Shown in pieces: positions 38,335-51,270 of a stretch of DNA of 64,000 bases. Source of the stretch: Sphyrna mokarran (taxonomy: Eukaryota). The stretch lies in NCBI GenBank assembly GCA_024679065.1, contig JAGIQG010000014.1:6572001-6636000 (forward strand). The letters are read 5' to 3'. The notes under the pieces are model-generated. The model had not been told where the DNA came from, did no database searches, and worked only from the letters and a program-made list of their open reading frames with translations. Position numbers and translations under genes: made by a program. Positions within the stretch are counted from its first letter, which is position 1; every line of letters begins with the position of its first letter.

Positions 38335-39266
38335 TGAATCTCGTGACCATCGTGATCCTCGCCAAAGAAAATTGCGGTCTTTCCAGATGTGTCTCTATCT
38401 ACATGGTGGCCATGGCAGCAGCAGATTTGTTAGTAATGCTCGTCAATGTAATTTTGTATAACGTTCTGAGAAAACGTTTTCCTAATTCATTCCTCTCCTA
38501 CACTGTTGTTTGCAAATTAATGATATATATGCTTTGTAATAACCTGTGTATGTCAGTATGGTTTACAGTTTCATTCACGTTTGACCGATATATTGCTATA
38601 TGCAGTCAGAAGTTTAAAACAACGTATTGCACAGCGAGAACAGCGGCTGCAGTTTTAATAACAGTTACAGTCCTTATCTATTTACACAACTCTTACACTT
38701 GGTTTGCATATGAACATAAAAGCACAATAAACGGTGTTCAATGGGGTGTCATCCCCAACCAAGATTTTTATTCCTCTCACACTGGTATGGCATTCAGCTG
38801 GTTACAGAGTATCTTACTGACATGGATTCCATTCACTTTGATAGTGCTATTTAATTTTTTGACAATCAGACGGATTTTGTTGTCCAGCAAAACCCGTGCG
38901 GGCCTCCGGGCTCAAAGCAGTGAGAATCGGAATGATCCAGAGATACAGAACCGAAGGAAGTCTATTATTTTATTGTTCACTATTTCTAGTAGCTTTCTAT
39001 TGTTGTGGCTGACAAGAGTCGTTAGTTATTTAGTCAGTGGGATGGTCGCTCAGATCCGGCCGGATTATACATCTAATGAATATATCGCCATTGAAACCGG
39101 AACAATGCTCGTGCATTTAAGTTCATGCACAAACACATGTATTTATGCAGTTACACAAGCTAAATTCAGGGAAGAGCTGCAGAAGGTCGTGATATCTCCT
39201 TGGAGAATAATTCTGATGTTGCAAAACTATGTAAAATTAAATCTAGTCTCCATATTCAGGCAATAG
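38335..39266 (+). CDS. GPR139/GPR142-like class A GPCR, copy B-right, coding exon 2
   Basis: Acceptor ctctctcgttctgacag ends at 38334. In-frame join ...FGAP-VNLVTIVIL gives 333 aa with DRY motif and seven hydrophobic segments; TAG at 39264-39266. Confidence 0.92.
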
Positions 39267-39323
39267 TGAAGTACACGTTTGAATGCTGGCCTCCCTGACA
39301 CAAACAATATAACGGTGTCTTTA

Positions 39324-39329
39324 AATAAA
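39324..39329 (+). terminator. Putative polyadenylation signal of GPCR B-right
   Basis: AATAAA 57 nt after the stop codon; also present at the equivalent position in unit A. Confidence 0.55.
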
Positions 39330-39389
39330 CGACATCAGAAGCATTATTCCACTCTTTGTTCTATCTTCTGACGCTACTGCAGAATCATT

Positions 39390-39530
39390 GGTGAACTCAA
39401 CTGACAAAGAGGCAGAGCCTCAAATGCTAGAGTCCTTTACTACTAAAAAAAAACATATTGGACTTTAACTTGGTATTGTGAGACTTCTTACTGTGTTTAA
39501 ACCAGTCCAACGCCGGCATCTCCACATCTT
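39390..39530 (+). mobile_element. Penelope-like element terminus fragment (mirror ~25984-26130 on -)
   Basis: ctgacaaagaggcagagcctcaaatgctag...ttggactttaacttggtattgtgagacttcttactgtgtttaaaccagtccaacgccggcatctccacat resembles an abundant shark repeat end; classification from memory. Confidence 0.55.
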
Positions 39531-42500
39531 GCCTACTTCCTGACATCATAGTTACTGCCCTTACAGCACAGTTGTCGCCCTACACTCCAAGCACTGCATA
39601 GCCCCAAAACTTCTGCCTTAGACTCAGATAATCCTTTACATCGCGGTTACTGTCTTACAGGCGGTACCTTTAACCAAAAAATAAATCCATGTTACACTAC
39701 AGATACCACTTTGCAACAGGTACTGCTTTTGACCTCAAGTAACGAATGACACTGCAGCGGTGAGGCTACTATGTTTAAGATATGTATGTTTAATCGTGTT
39801 TTCTGCAATAATAAACAGGCACCGAGCCGTCTGATTAATGTAATTTAATTGGTCCTTAAATGATTAATTTGTGTTGTGTTTATTTTCAATCTGGACCTAA
39901 AACACTCTTTTGGAGTTATTGGAAATTTGGAATTGCTGCGGGACAACGGTTATCGGTCAAAGGGAAAGAGATGTCTTTTATTTTCCTTCGCAAGATTCTT
40001 TCACTTTTAGTTTTGGTTGTTTTTATTTCGAAGTTGCTTAGACTCGAGGCTGGGTGCACTATTTTGCCCCTCTGTTCTATTTAAAATTCTGCTGGCTAGT
40101 TTGAAATAATATTTCTTACTTTTCTGGAGTGAACGCTTTGCTGTTGATAGTTTGCAAGCTGAAGGAAAGCAGCGGCACTATCTCCACTTCGAGGTGTTGG
40201 GAGTTCCAGAATGGAGAAGCAAGTGTTTCTTTTCTCCATCTAAAGAACGAACAACGACAGGCCTTACAGAGCTGAAAACTCATTGGGCATACATAATTTT
40301 TGTGCTAAATCGAAACTAGTGGCGTATGCTAGTACGCATGATGTGCTGAGCTGTTAAGGTTTATATAATACATTGGTTGTTTCTGGTTTGTAATTGCTAA
40401 AATTCATTTTGCTACTTTTCTTTCTATGTGTTAACTATATTCTGAAATTTACTTTATGGGACAAGCTCAGCAGCAGTTCATTTAAGTCATACCTGGAGTC
40501 AAATATTTTAAGCTTACCTGCGCCAAATTCAATGTACAAAACGCACGTTTCAGGCCGACTTCATTAAACACATTGAAATTTCTGGCATGCATTCTAACAC
40601 AGGTGCTTCAGGAAAACGCAAGTAATACCTTGCACTGCAGTTGCTGTTACACAATAAGTGCTCTCTTACATCGAAGCTACTTCCTTACATCATAAGTTCC
40701 ATCTTACACCACTGGAGCTTCTTTACACCGCAGGTACTGATTGCTCCAGAGGTATTGTGTTGCACTATCCACATGTCCTTACACTACAACTATTGGTTTA
40801 CAGCGGAGCTGGTGCCTTCCAACGTGGACACTGCCTTCACTGGTGCTGGCTGATTTCACACAATACCTTGAAACTTCTGAGCTGGGTTATAACACAGGTA
40901 CCACTTTAAACCGCAAGGACTGCCTTACACCGTAGTTGTTGTGTTACAACAAAGGACCTTAGACCGCGGAAAATGTTTTCACCCAAGATATTGCACTTCT
41001 CCACAAGAATTGCCCTCACTGCGGAAAGCGTCTTTCATTGCAGGTTCTACATTATACCACACGTTTACAAAGCTGGTACTGTCTCACGACAAAAATGCTG
41101 CCTTGCACCGCGCATAGTGCCTTACACAACAAAAAATGACGAATGACACAGGTACCGTTTTGCAATATAGGTAGTGTCTTACATTAGAGGTGCTGCCTTA
41201 CACCACAATTACTATCTTACACAACATGTTCTGCCTTAAACCACAGTAATCTTCTGACAATGTTGGATCCGCCTTAAGTAACAAGTGTTTCGTACACTGT
41301 TATGCCTCACACCACAGGTAAAGCATCACACCGTACGTTTTACCGTACTCTATCGTTTCCTCTTAAATTCAGGAATTGCGTTACAACAGATACTGCTCTA
41401 TCGTGGTGGTGCTAACTTACACCATAGTTGTTTTGTAACAAAGATTTGGTGCCTTACTCTACATCAGTCGCATTTGACCATAGGCAGCCTCACACCATAA
41501 ATGTTAATGTACACGGCAAGTGCCACCGAATGTTTCATGCGACCCCCTAGTTTAATGCTAAATGACAGAGTTTAAAATCCCTTTGATCTTTCCATTCATT
41601 GTCATCCCCCTCCAAACGCCATGTTCATCCAAGTACTGTGTGCTTATCTATTATGTTCCAATTTGTCTCAGATGAAATCACCAGTTCAGAATTCGTCAAC
41701 ATGCATGGCTCTGATTTCTATTCAGAATCTAGAGAATGTGAAAATGTGCAGTTTAACCAGTTGATTCATGGCTTCCTCCAGGAGATTGCTGTATCTTTAC
41801 ATTACTGAGCAGCAGGTAATTTATTATATACTTTGGCAGCTGCAGCAATGAAAGGGGAAATGCAGGACAGATACCAGTCAAACAACTTGGATCCATCCAT
41901 TTGGAATTGCTTGCCAGAAAGTTAATGAATGCATTCAGTTTAATGTTGCCTACTGGATGAATTCCACAAACGTTGTGCGTATATAATTACTGATGGAGAC
42001 ATGAAGCAACCAATATGTAATTTGTATGATGATGCCCTAAACTTCTGCTCAAAAATATGCTGTCATGTAGGCAACATCGCTGCAAAAATAATAAAAAAAA
42101 TCATTAATATCAGGAAGAGATGAGCACATACAACAAACCCAACAGTTAGAGTCTCGTGTTATATACACACGAAGGTTCATTAAAAAGACTAAGGGCAACA
42201 CGCTTTATCCATTACTGGGATCGGGGCTGGCCTCGATATAATTTACTGTTCCTCTCGTATCGTCCCGGAGACAAAAAAAAATAACAATCTACTAGATTGC
42301 GATGGGTTGGAAAGAACTTCACAACAGATGAGGATATCATGTTCACTTCTCTAATGGGATACGTGAACTGGAAAGTATTTACGACAATCCATTCATGGTC
42401 ATCACACATTTTTTGAAAAAAATATCGTTTTCAAATTCCACAATATGAAGGTGTTCTCCCCAAGAATCCACACCATACGAGCGGTGTCTGGATTGCTATC

Positions 42501-43109
42501 TCGGGATTACAATGCCACAATGTCAACTGCAAACAGAACTACCCTAAATCTTGCTTATTTTTCTTTTTTTCTGTTTTGATATCCTTCTTCGTTCACCTTT
42601 CCAGAATAAGTAGCGAATAGTAGCCACTTTTATTCATCAATGACCATGACGGATACTGCATCGAGGGCGAGTGCGAGGATTAGCAGACAACCTCTTTTAA
42701 AATAGAGCGTCCCATACTCTATCTGTCTTCCAAGATAATCTTTCTAGTCTTCCTTCTACTCTTCTTCTGTGCTTCACAAACTTGATTCTAATTTTTTAAA
42801 AGTCTCTAATAATGCTCGAATGCATTTTATTATGATTGACGATTCTTAGTGCCCTGGAGACTCCCGTCTGGAAGTGACGCGGAGCAGCTGCCCACAAGTG
42901 AGCAGCAGCGGGCGTTGCATCCTCAGGGCCGGGGATTCCTCCAGAGCGGCTTCCAGAGACAGAAAAACACCCAAGAAGCCTGGGCATACACTAGGAGTAC
43001 TCCCAGAGCCTAGGGAAAAGCCACCGGAACGGGCACCTGCATTCTGCTGGTCAACAACGACCAGACCTGCATCCCTGAGGCTGAAGGCCTCTCCACTATC
43101 CCCACCCCC

Positions 43110-43110
<1 letters not shown>

Positions 43111-43149
<39 letters not shown>
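43111..43149 (+). repeat. (AC)19 microsatellite (mirror)
   Basis: Seen directly; same length as the left copy. Confidence 0.98.
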
Positions 43150-43153
<4 letters not shown>

Positions 43154-45246
43154 CACACTCCCCATCCCCTTTGAGCAGACAACTGCAACCTCCTGCAGGC
43201 TCCAATCATTCACTCCTCTTCCCTTACAACTCCCCCAGCCCCTACACTCGTCCCAAACTCCAAAAAAAAACTCTCAAGCCCCACTGTCACCATCATTGTT
43301 CCTTTATGTTGAATTGCAGATTTAAATAAACCATGTCTTCTGAAGGACTGGCTTATTCAGTAACACATTGTCCAGTGTTTCAGAGGTGTAACTAACTGAG
43401 TTTTCCCTCTGGTTGCTAATCAATAAGTTTTACATATGTTACTTCAAGATACAGACCTCAATACACAACATTCCTCTGGCATCCTCAAATGAGATACATG
43501 TCGATTTCAATTCAGCAATTACAAGCATACTTTTCCAAAGTTAAAAGTAAAACATTAAAGCAGTTCAGCAGCGACGAATTTGCATACTTTTGTCAACTGT
43601 GCTTTTGTGTTCTCTTCGAAATTCTCTTCTTTGTTGCATGATTATCGTATTTTTGCTCGGGTTCTCATAAATAACGTACACCTTAATGTTCTGAGTGGCG
43701 AACTTAGAGTCAGCCTTTTTTGTAGCAGTCTGCAATGACAGGATTTTACCCGATGTATGTCTTTCAATATTGCACAAAAAGTCAATTGTCATCAAGGTGC
43801 TTTAACAATTTCCTCAGTCCTGTGAAATGAACCAATGTAACCATTTTATTTCTTTCACGGGCCATGTGCAGGGACAAATCTGGGGTGTTTTAGTTCTGAA
43901 TGTCAGTTCAGATGCAACATAAGGCCATGATACCATGATTGAAAACTTGTACGTCATGTCTCTGTAACTCATTATCTTTCTATGGCGCACATCAGCATTA
44001 GAAATTTGCAACGTAGAGGTGGAAAGCAAACTTCCAACGAAGAGACAGTCTAAAACGAAAGGTCTTACTCTTAGATAAAGGGTAGCAAACATTAAGCAAA
44101 GGTGAGGTGCAATTATCCTTCTCAAAGGATTGTGAATCTGTAGAATTCACTGCACAACAATGGGGTGGATAGCGGGCCATCGAGTATATTTAAGCAGGAG
44201 ACAGCTATTGTTATTATTAATAAAGTTGAAGGTTTTTGGTGAACCGTCAGGAAAGTGTAGTTAAGAGTGCGATAGATTAATTCTTATTGTATGGAATGGC
44301 ACAGTATGTTAGAGGGGTTGAATTGCGTACTCCTGTTCCTTCTTCTTCTGCCCTAAAGAAATGGAAATCCACAGCGACATGGAAATTGATTCTGAGACTA
44401 GGAAAATGTTTTTCTTTATATATAGTGCTTGTTGTGGCAGCGTGGAGACAAGGAAGATCATTCTGTATATTTCTCAATTGTTCAAATCACAAAATGCAAG
44501 AGAATTGCCCTCTTTATCAAAGAAAGTGCGAACATTTTAGAAGCAGTTCAGAGATGGTAAAGTACTCTAATTGTATTTTGTAGTGTAAGGGGTGACAGGA
44601 GAAAGGTCCATGTCAGGGAACGTGCTGCGCTCTTCTTGGAGCAGTTCGCACGCTCCAGACACCATATGGCACTCATCTCTCAACTAAGGCTCCAAGTGGC
44701 TGTTGAAATTAAGATTAAGCTATGTTTATGTATTTGTGTCATACGTCGGGTAACATTTGCACCGCAATGAAGTGGCTATAAAAATTCCCAAGCTGTCATA
44801 TTCCAGTACCTATGCGGGTAATCTGAAGGAGAAATTAGCATCGTTAAAGCAGCAAACCAGCACGAACTTCTGACAGTGCGAACAAGCCCATAAAGTCAGA
44901 GGAAACCCACGAAGAGACGGGAAGAACGGGCAGAGCGCGCATATACAGTGACCCAGGCCAGGAATCCAAGGCGGCTGCTTCCACAGCACGGTAAATTACT
45001 TCTGCGAGGGAGATAAAACAGTTGAGAGTAACGGGTGTGCTGACGTCATCAGTGAGACTTGGCTAGCCTACCTGAATGTGAGAAATCTTACTGACTGCGT
45101 GGAAGAAACACTAGCACATTCAGCAGAATGAAAGGCAGAATCATCAAAGTATTATGGAGCACGATGAGCAAAACGAGACACAAGGAGATCACCTAGTGCG
45201 CCCTGCTTAAATCCAGCCATCTGGATTCAGTGCTGCCACTGGATAC

Positions 45247-45888
45247 TGTCGTGCTTCCCCAGGATGACAACGAACTTTTAGCTGATCAAATGAGAGTCTG
45301 AGCCTTGATCTCCCAGGTAAAAAGATTTCATTCTTCAGTGCAAGAGAATAGAGACGGGATGTACGGAGCAATCCAACGAACTGCTCGCTTACAGTCTTTT
45401 TATATTTGCTGTAGTTACATACCCCGAGACCCTTATCTCATTCTCAAGGTTGGATTTCTTTAACCGCTATTTTTGCTGAGCTATTGGTTATCTGCTTCGT
45501 TTCGGATTGGTCACTATTTGATACAGTGAAACCATGATAGTTACAATCTGTCCTTGCCCAATTCATTCTGCTTATATAACAATTGTGGCTTAGCTAGCCT
45601 AACCGAATGATAAAGAGAACATATTTACTTCATTCTACCCTTCATGATCATATTTAAGCTGAGTAACTGATCAACAACCATTATTTCCCGAGGCTGTTAC
45701 TGCTTACATCCATTGATTATAAGTGATTACCATACTGATTCTATCACATTGGTCAACATACTTTGATCACATTAGCTATTATCGATTAACATGCTGATCT
45801 CGTCACATTTTATCATACGGACCTTACTTAAAAGTTCTCGTAAGAATATACGTAATTACAATTTTTTGTGAGATTTTATTCTCTCGCA
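45247..45888 (-). mobile_element. Probable solo LTR (mirror)
   Basis: ATAC direct repeat at 45243-45246 and 45889-45892; carries a 7-bp block absent from the left copy. Confidence 0.6.
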
Positions 45889-45989
45889 ATACACGAGTAG
45901 CGAGTGAGTCAACTGTCCCTTACTTAAAATCAAATTCTCTCCATATTTCTATCATCCAAATCTCAAATGCGTGGAATAAGGGACAAAAC

Positions 45990-48900
45990 AGCTTGAGTGA
46001 CACACTCTAAATGGAGCTGTGAATCTGCATATAGGTGGCTCAGGCCATGGGGTGATCTGTCACTGAAGCGAAGCAGCGTTGAATGCGTTGAAAGACTGAA
46101 GAGCCATTTTAAAGACAGCACTGCGCAAAAAAACGTCCGAGGTACGAGATAGGAAGAGTGTCCCTCCCAAAAAATACCTAAATTACAGAAGCCGCTTTGG
46201 AGTACTTACCTCTTTAACGGCAGCAATATCAAAAAGAGGAAGAAAACAAATGTGATAAATCTCACTTTTGGTGCAAGGAATGTACGCATCCTCTTGGCCA
46301 ACAGCCAAGCTGATAAAACAGAAAAACTGACCTCCAGGGCAGAGGCCCATGCCGAATTAAAGTTGGCATTGCCGCACTTAGCAGAATGTGCCTGGCAGAG
46401 GAATTTCAATTCAGGGAAAGAGGGGTTGGATGCACTTCGTTCTGGAACTGTTCACCCAAAGAGGACAGGACCGAGGCCGATGGGGGTTTTGTGCAAAAAA
46501 AAATCATGAAATGGTGAACACGTTGATCAGCCTTCAAGAGAGTTTAAATGGCTGTCTCATATCTTGCAAGATCACAATGGCTGACAGGAAGCAAAACAGT
46601 AAAAACTATATATATTGAGTTCTGTGAAGTCACTTGCTGACTTCCTGATTATAGCGACATCGACAAGCTGAACAAAAATTGGTAACTTTAATGCCAGAGT
46701 CAGCACAGATAACCAAACTTGGGGAGGTGTCGTCCTGAAAACGCATTTGGCAAAAGCAACAGCAATGGACTGTCACGCTTGCAATTTAACGCTGAGCATG
46801 AACTTCATCTCACCAGCACAGTTTTCTGGCTCCCATGCCAAATTCAGACATCCTGAAATCGTCGACGCAAAAGATGGCTTTTGGAACCTCATGAACTGCA
46901 AAAGGTCAGGACCTAAAGATGATTCGGACCCTATGCGGCACCGACTGTTGGATTGAGCACTGTTACCTCCAAAGCATGCCTGAAGATTCAGTTAAAGTAA
47001 CGTCCTCAAGGGAATACGATCACCGAACGACTGAAAATCTCAAGTTTAAAGATCGAACACATCCAACTGCAGTTCACTGATGGTCGAAGGAGGCCAAGTG
47101 ACCTTCAGAAACCCGGAGACAAGATCGAGGGACTTCGGTGTTTCTGATGGGACACTGTGTACGCCACAGCTTAACGGTTACTGGGTCACACAGAGGGAAA
47201 GAATCAGGAATGTTTTGATGAAAATGGCCCTGAAATCCGGCATCCTTTCGAAGCAAAAATACAAAGAATGCCTTAATGAAACGAAATGAAACATTGGGAG
47301 ACATAGTAACTGTTTGTAACCCCATTCGTAGCACACTGCAAGGCAGACTACATGAGATGAAGGGCAAGTGGCTGAGACAAAAGACAGATGAAACGTAAGT
47401 CTGAGTTGGCAAAAATTACATGAGGCACCGCTACGAATCTGTCAAGATGTTCCTTAGGGCTCACCCAGACAATTGTTCTCCGCTATTCAGTGTTTTAGAG
47501 TCGACAGTACTCACAACGTAATTTCTGATGTTACAGACGGGTGAGCCCTCGATAATGTCCTCAATTGACTGTCCCATATTAATGAAGTAAAGTAAACATC
47601 CCCAGGTTAATCCCACCGTTTATCTCGGCACTCCATCGACACTGCTTGATGTAATTGTCAAATGACAAAGTTCCTGAAGCCGATCAAATTCCAGCAGAAA
47701 TCTATAGATATGGTGCATCATACAGGCTCACAAAGTACACACATCTCTGAAGTTCACATGGGGGGGAAAGGGATCTTCCACAATACTTCAATGACTGCTT
47801 CTTTGCTCACATCTGCAAAAATAAAGTCAATCTCCAGTCCTGTGACAAACACAACTAATTATATGCACCGTCTATTTCCGGAAAGGACTTTGCCAGAATG
47901 CTTCTAAACCGACTGACTTGAGCAGGGCTTCTTTCCGGAGAGCCAGTGTGAGTAAAAGAAAACAGAATTGAAGCCATCGGCATGGTGTGTGTTGCTCGCC
48001 AAATGCAGGAGAAATGCCCAAAACAAAATGCCGAACAATGCCCCAAATTCATCCATCTAGCGAAGCCTTCGAAATTGTCAGCAGCGAAGGGCTCTGGATG
48101 ATTATAAAGAAGTTTGGGTTTCGAGACAATCTCAACCCGATGATTCAATGGTTGCAATATGGCATACAGGCCCGCCTCCTCCTTGACAATGTGATTTTGG
48201 CCCTGTTTACTGTCATCAATGGAGTGTAATAGTGCTGCATACTGGCACTGGTTATCTTGAACATCATGTTCTTAACCCCTCCGCACTGATGCCATCGAGG
48301 CTAAGGATTAGGCATAGAAATCAGCTATGGAACAAACAACCAGATTTTCAATTTGCGACGCCACCAAGACGAAATTCCTCAACGATAGATTACATGAATT
48401 TGAATTTGCTGGCGACTGTGCACTAAATGCTTTCAGTGAGCAATGCATAATTGATCTGCTCCATGCAATAAGTTCGGTCTTGCCATCAGTATAAAGAAGA
48501 CGTAAGTCATGTTTCAATCTGCTCCAAGTAAATCTCAATGAAGAGCTAGCACTGAGAGTAGACAAACAGAGGTTGCGACCTGTGGACAAGTTCATCCAAA
48601 TGTGCAGCACTTCCACACGTTATGTTCTGATGGATGGCGAGCCCAAGGCCAGAATTACCAAATCGTTGCTGCTCTTTACCGGAAATTGAGGGGTGAGGCG
48701 AAGTGCCGTGTTCAATGTCAACTGAACAACCCCAATCTCCATTCTTCTTTGCAAGAATGAGACCTGGACGGGCTACAACTGACACAGAATGAAATTCATC
48801 TCTTCTACCTTTGCTGCCTCAACAAACGTCAGAAAATCAAGACGCAGGGCAAATTCCCAGACACACAGGTCCTCGGAAGACCCGGTATGGTCAGGATTTT

Positions 48901-49270
48901 CCCAATGTTGTTAGAAAAACTGCTCTGATGAATTGAAGCAGTCGCCGGAATGCCTGAGCAATGATTCCCTCTCAAATCTTCGGTGTTGAACTAAAAAATA
49001 GAGTACTCTTCAGTGGTGCACAGACGAAACGTGTAAAGGGCACCTTGCAAGTTATCATTCAGGATTTTAAAATTAACAATGCATCATGCAAGACATTTCC
49101 CCAGGACCTCTAAGCCTGGAAGAGTGTAATTTCCAACTCTGCATCCGCATTCGTGAGGTAATGGATAGTATCAAGGCACGTTAAAAAAAAAACCTAAGAA
49201 TACCGCCGTCGACGACCTGCAAGCCGCATTCTCCTGTCCTCACTACAGTGGAACCTACGAAAATCACGCT
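45990..49270 (+). mobile_element. Degenerate RTE-clade LINE (mirror)
   Basis: Reverse complement of 16249-19530. Confidence 0.8.
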
Positions 49271-51200
49271 CATTAGAGACCTCAATAACTGGTCAGCACA
49301 ACCCTTGGATGACAAATGAAAATGATCTTCTTCATTGCTGAAGGAATATTCGACGACTACACGAATTCTAGGAATAATTGAATTGTTCGATGATGGAAGA
49401 TTGGAGAGGTTAAATTTCATCCACAAGAATTGACAAGAGTAATTGATGACTTGATCAAAAGCTTTCCCATCCTGAGGAGCATTAATGAGTGAAGGTGGAG
49501 AGGATATTTTTTATTGTCAGAAAATCTGGAACGAGGAGTGCAAGCTTAAAAATAAGTGGTCGCTAATTGAAGGCTGAGAATAGATTTTGTTTCTCTTACA
49601 TTTGGTCGTGCGCCACTCATAGTCTCTGTCTCCAAATACAAATAGTGTCTTTTAATAATTTTAAGCATAGTAAGATGTTTTGCTTGAGCGTCAAGGGGGT
49701 GAAAGATAATCAAAAATTGGGAGGAAAGTGGGATTGAAGTTAGAACCAGATCAGCCTGAAACGTATTAAATGGACGAGCAGACTTTGAAGGGCATACTCT
49801 AGATCCCAATTCGTGACTTCATATGGATCGACTAAGTAAAGTTAAATGTAATAGATATTATTCTTCACAAGAACAGCTTGTCTTTGAAGCGTCATTGAAG
49901 TAACCAACCTTCCAATCTTCTTGCTAAAAGACTTATCAATAGAAAACATGGTAAAAACACTGGCTCTGAGCACAGAAGGAGGCATCAACTCTCGTGAAAA
50001 ATCCTGCTCAAATATGAAGGTTGCTATAGATTCTTAAGGGGAAACGAACTCGTGATTTGGAATATTAGATAAATTCAGTTGAAAATCCGAAAGCCAAATT
50101 CGAGCAGTATCCAAAATGCCAAGATAAGAGAATAGTAAAGCTTAGCAAATCTTTGGGTGGAAGTCATGATATTGATGGACAGTAGCGTAGCTATGTGGAA
50201 TTTGAATTTAAGAATCAGGAGTTAAAATGGAGGCATTGCTCGTCCAGAGACAGCAAACATTTCGTCAATTAAATACTGGCTAATTGGTCAGGGTAGACTC
50301 CTGCAAAAACTGTTTCAATGGATGAAATATCGTGTCCACACGGCAAGGAACTATTTTCATCGCTTATTGATTGACTGAAATCTCAAATAGCTAAAGTTCC
50401 AGTTGAGGGCAATAAAATGCTTCAAAGCACTCTGAAATTTTCTTTGCAGCTCGGCTGCACTGAGATCAATATCCAGCGGTAGCTTGCTGCCACTCATCTA
50501 GAGCAATGTAACGTGCCCATCAAGCTGTGTTAATCGCTTCGTATCAATTTCTTACTGATGCGTCAGAGGGATGACAAAAAATATGCCAAGCCTAATCTAT
50601 GTTTCACGGATTGGCACGGAAGTATCTGAAATAGTATCACCTCAAGTAATGATTCAGTAGGTCATACACATTTAATTACAGTTTGCATTGATAATGATAA
50701 ATTAATATTCATAGTGAATTTGTAGTTTAGTTTCTACAATTCAGAATGTAGTAAAGACACAGGAAAGTGAGATAATGGCCACAAATAAAAAAAGTCGATT
50801 CATCACTAATTGTCACAATGCACATCAAATGAAAAGTCAGGGAAACAGGAGCGAAATAGATGCAAGCTGCGCATTAAATGCGTGCGTTTAAACAAGTGCA
50901 TGATGAAGCTGGCAGAATCAAACATTGCGTCAATTGGGATGTTCCATTCTGAATTCTGGGACCAATGCAGAACACATGTGCTCTGGGATGCCTTTCTGAT
51001 CACACATGTTAATTGACGAACTGACAGTGTGTCGATTGGCCAACCAGAGGAAAGGAATCTTTTGCGTTAAGTTGCTGCAATTCGTAAGCAGCCTGATGTT
51101 TCACCCCAGGGAACGTATTACATTACAAAAGGGGACAATTTACGAATCTTACATGCAACGGTGCATCTAGTGAAACGTTTGCATTCTTCTCGATATCATA

Positions 51201-51270
51201 ATGGCCCGTCCATTAATTCTTCAGATCAAGGAACTTTTCTATCCTGTGCTAGCAGCTTTTGGTGCTCCCG
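51201..51270 (+). CDS. GPCR copy A-right, coding exon 1
   Basis: ATG at 51201, donor gtaagtc at 51271. Confidence 0.88.
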
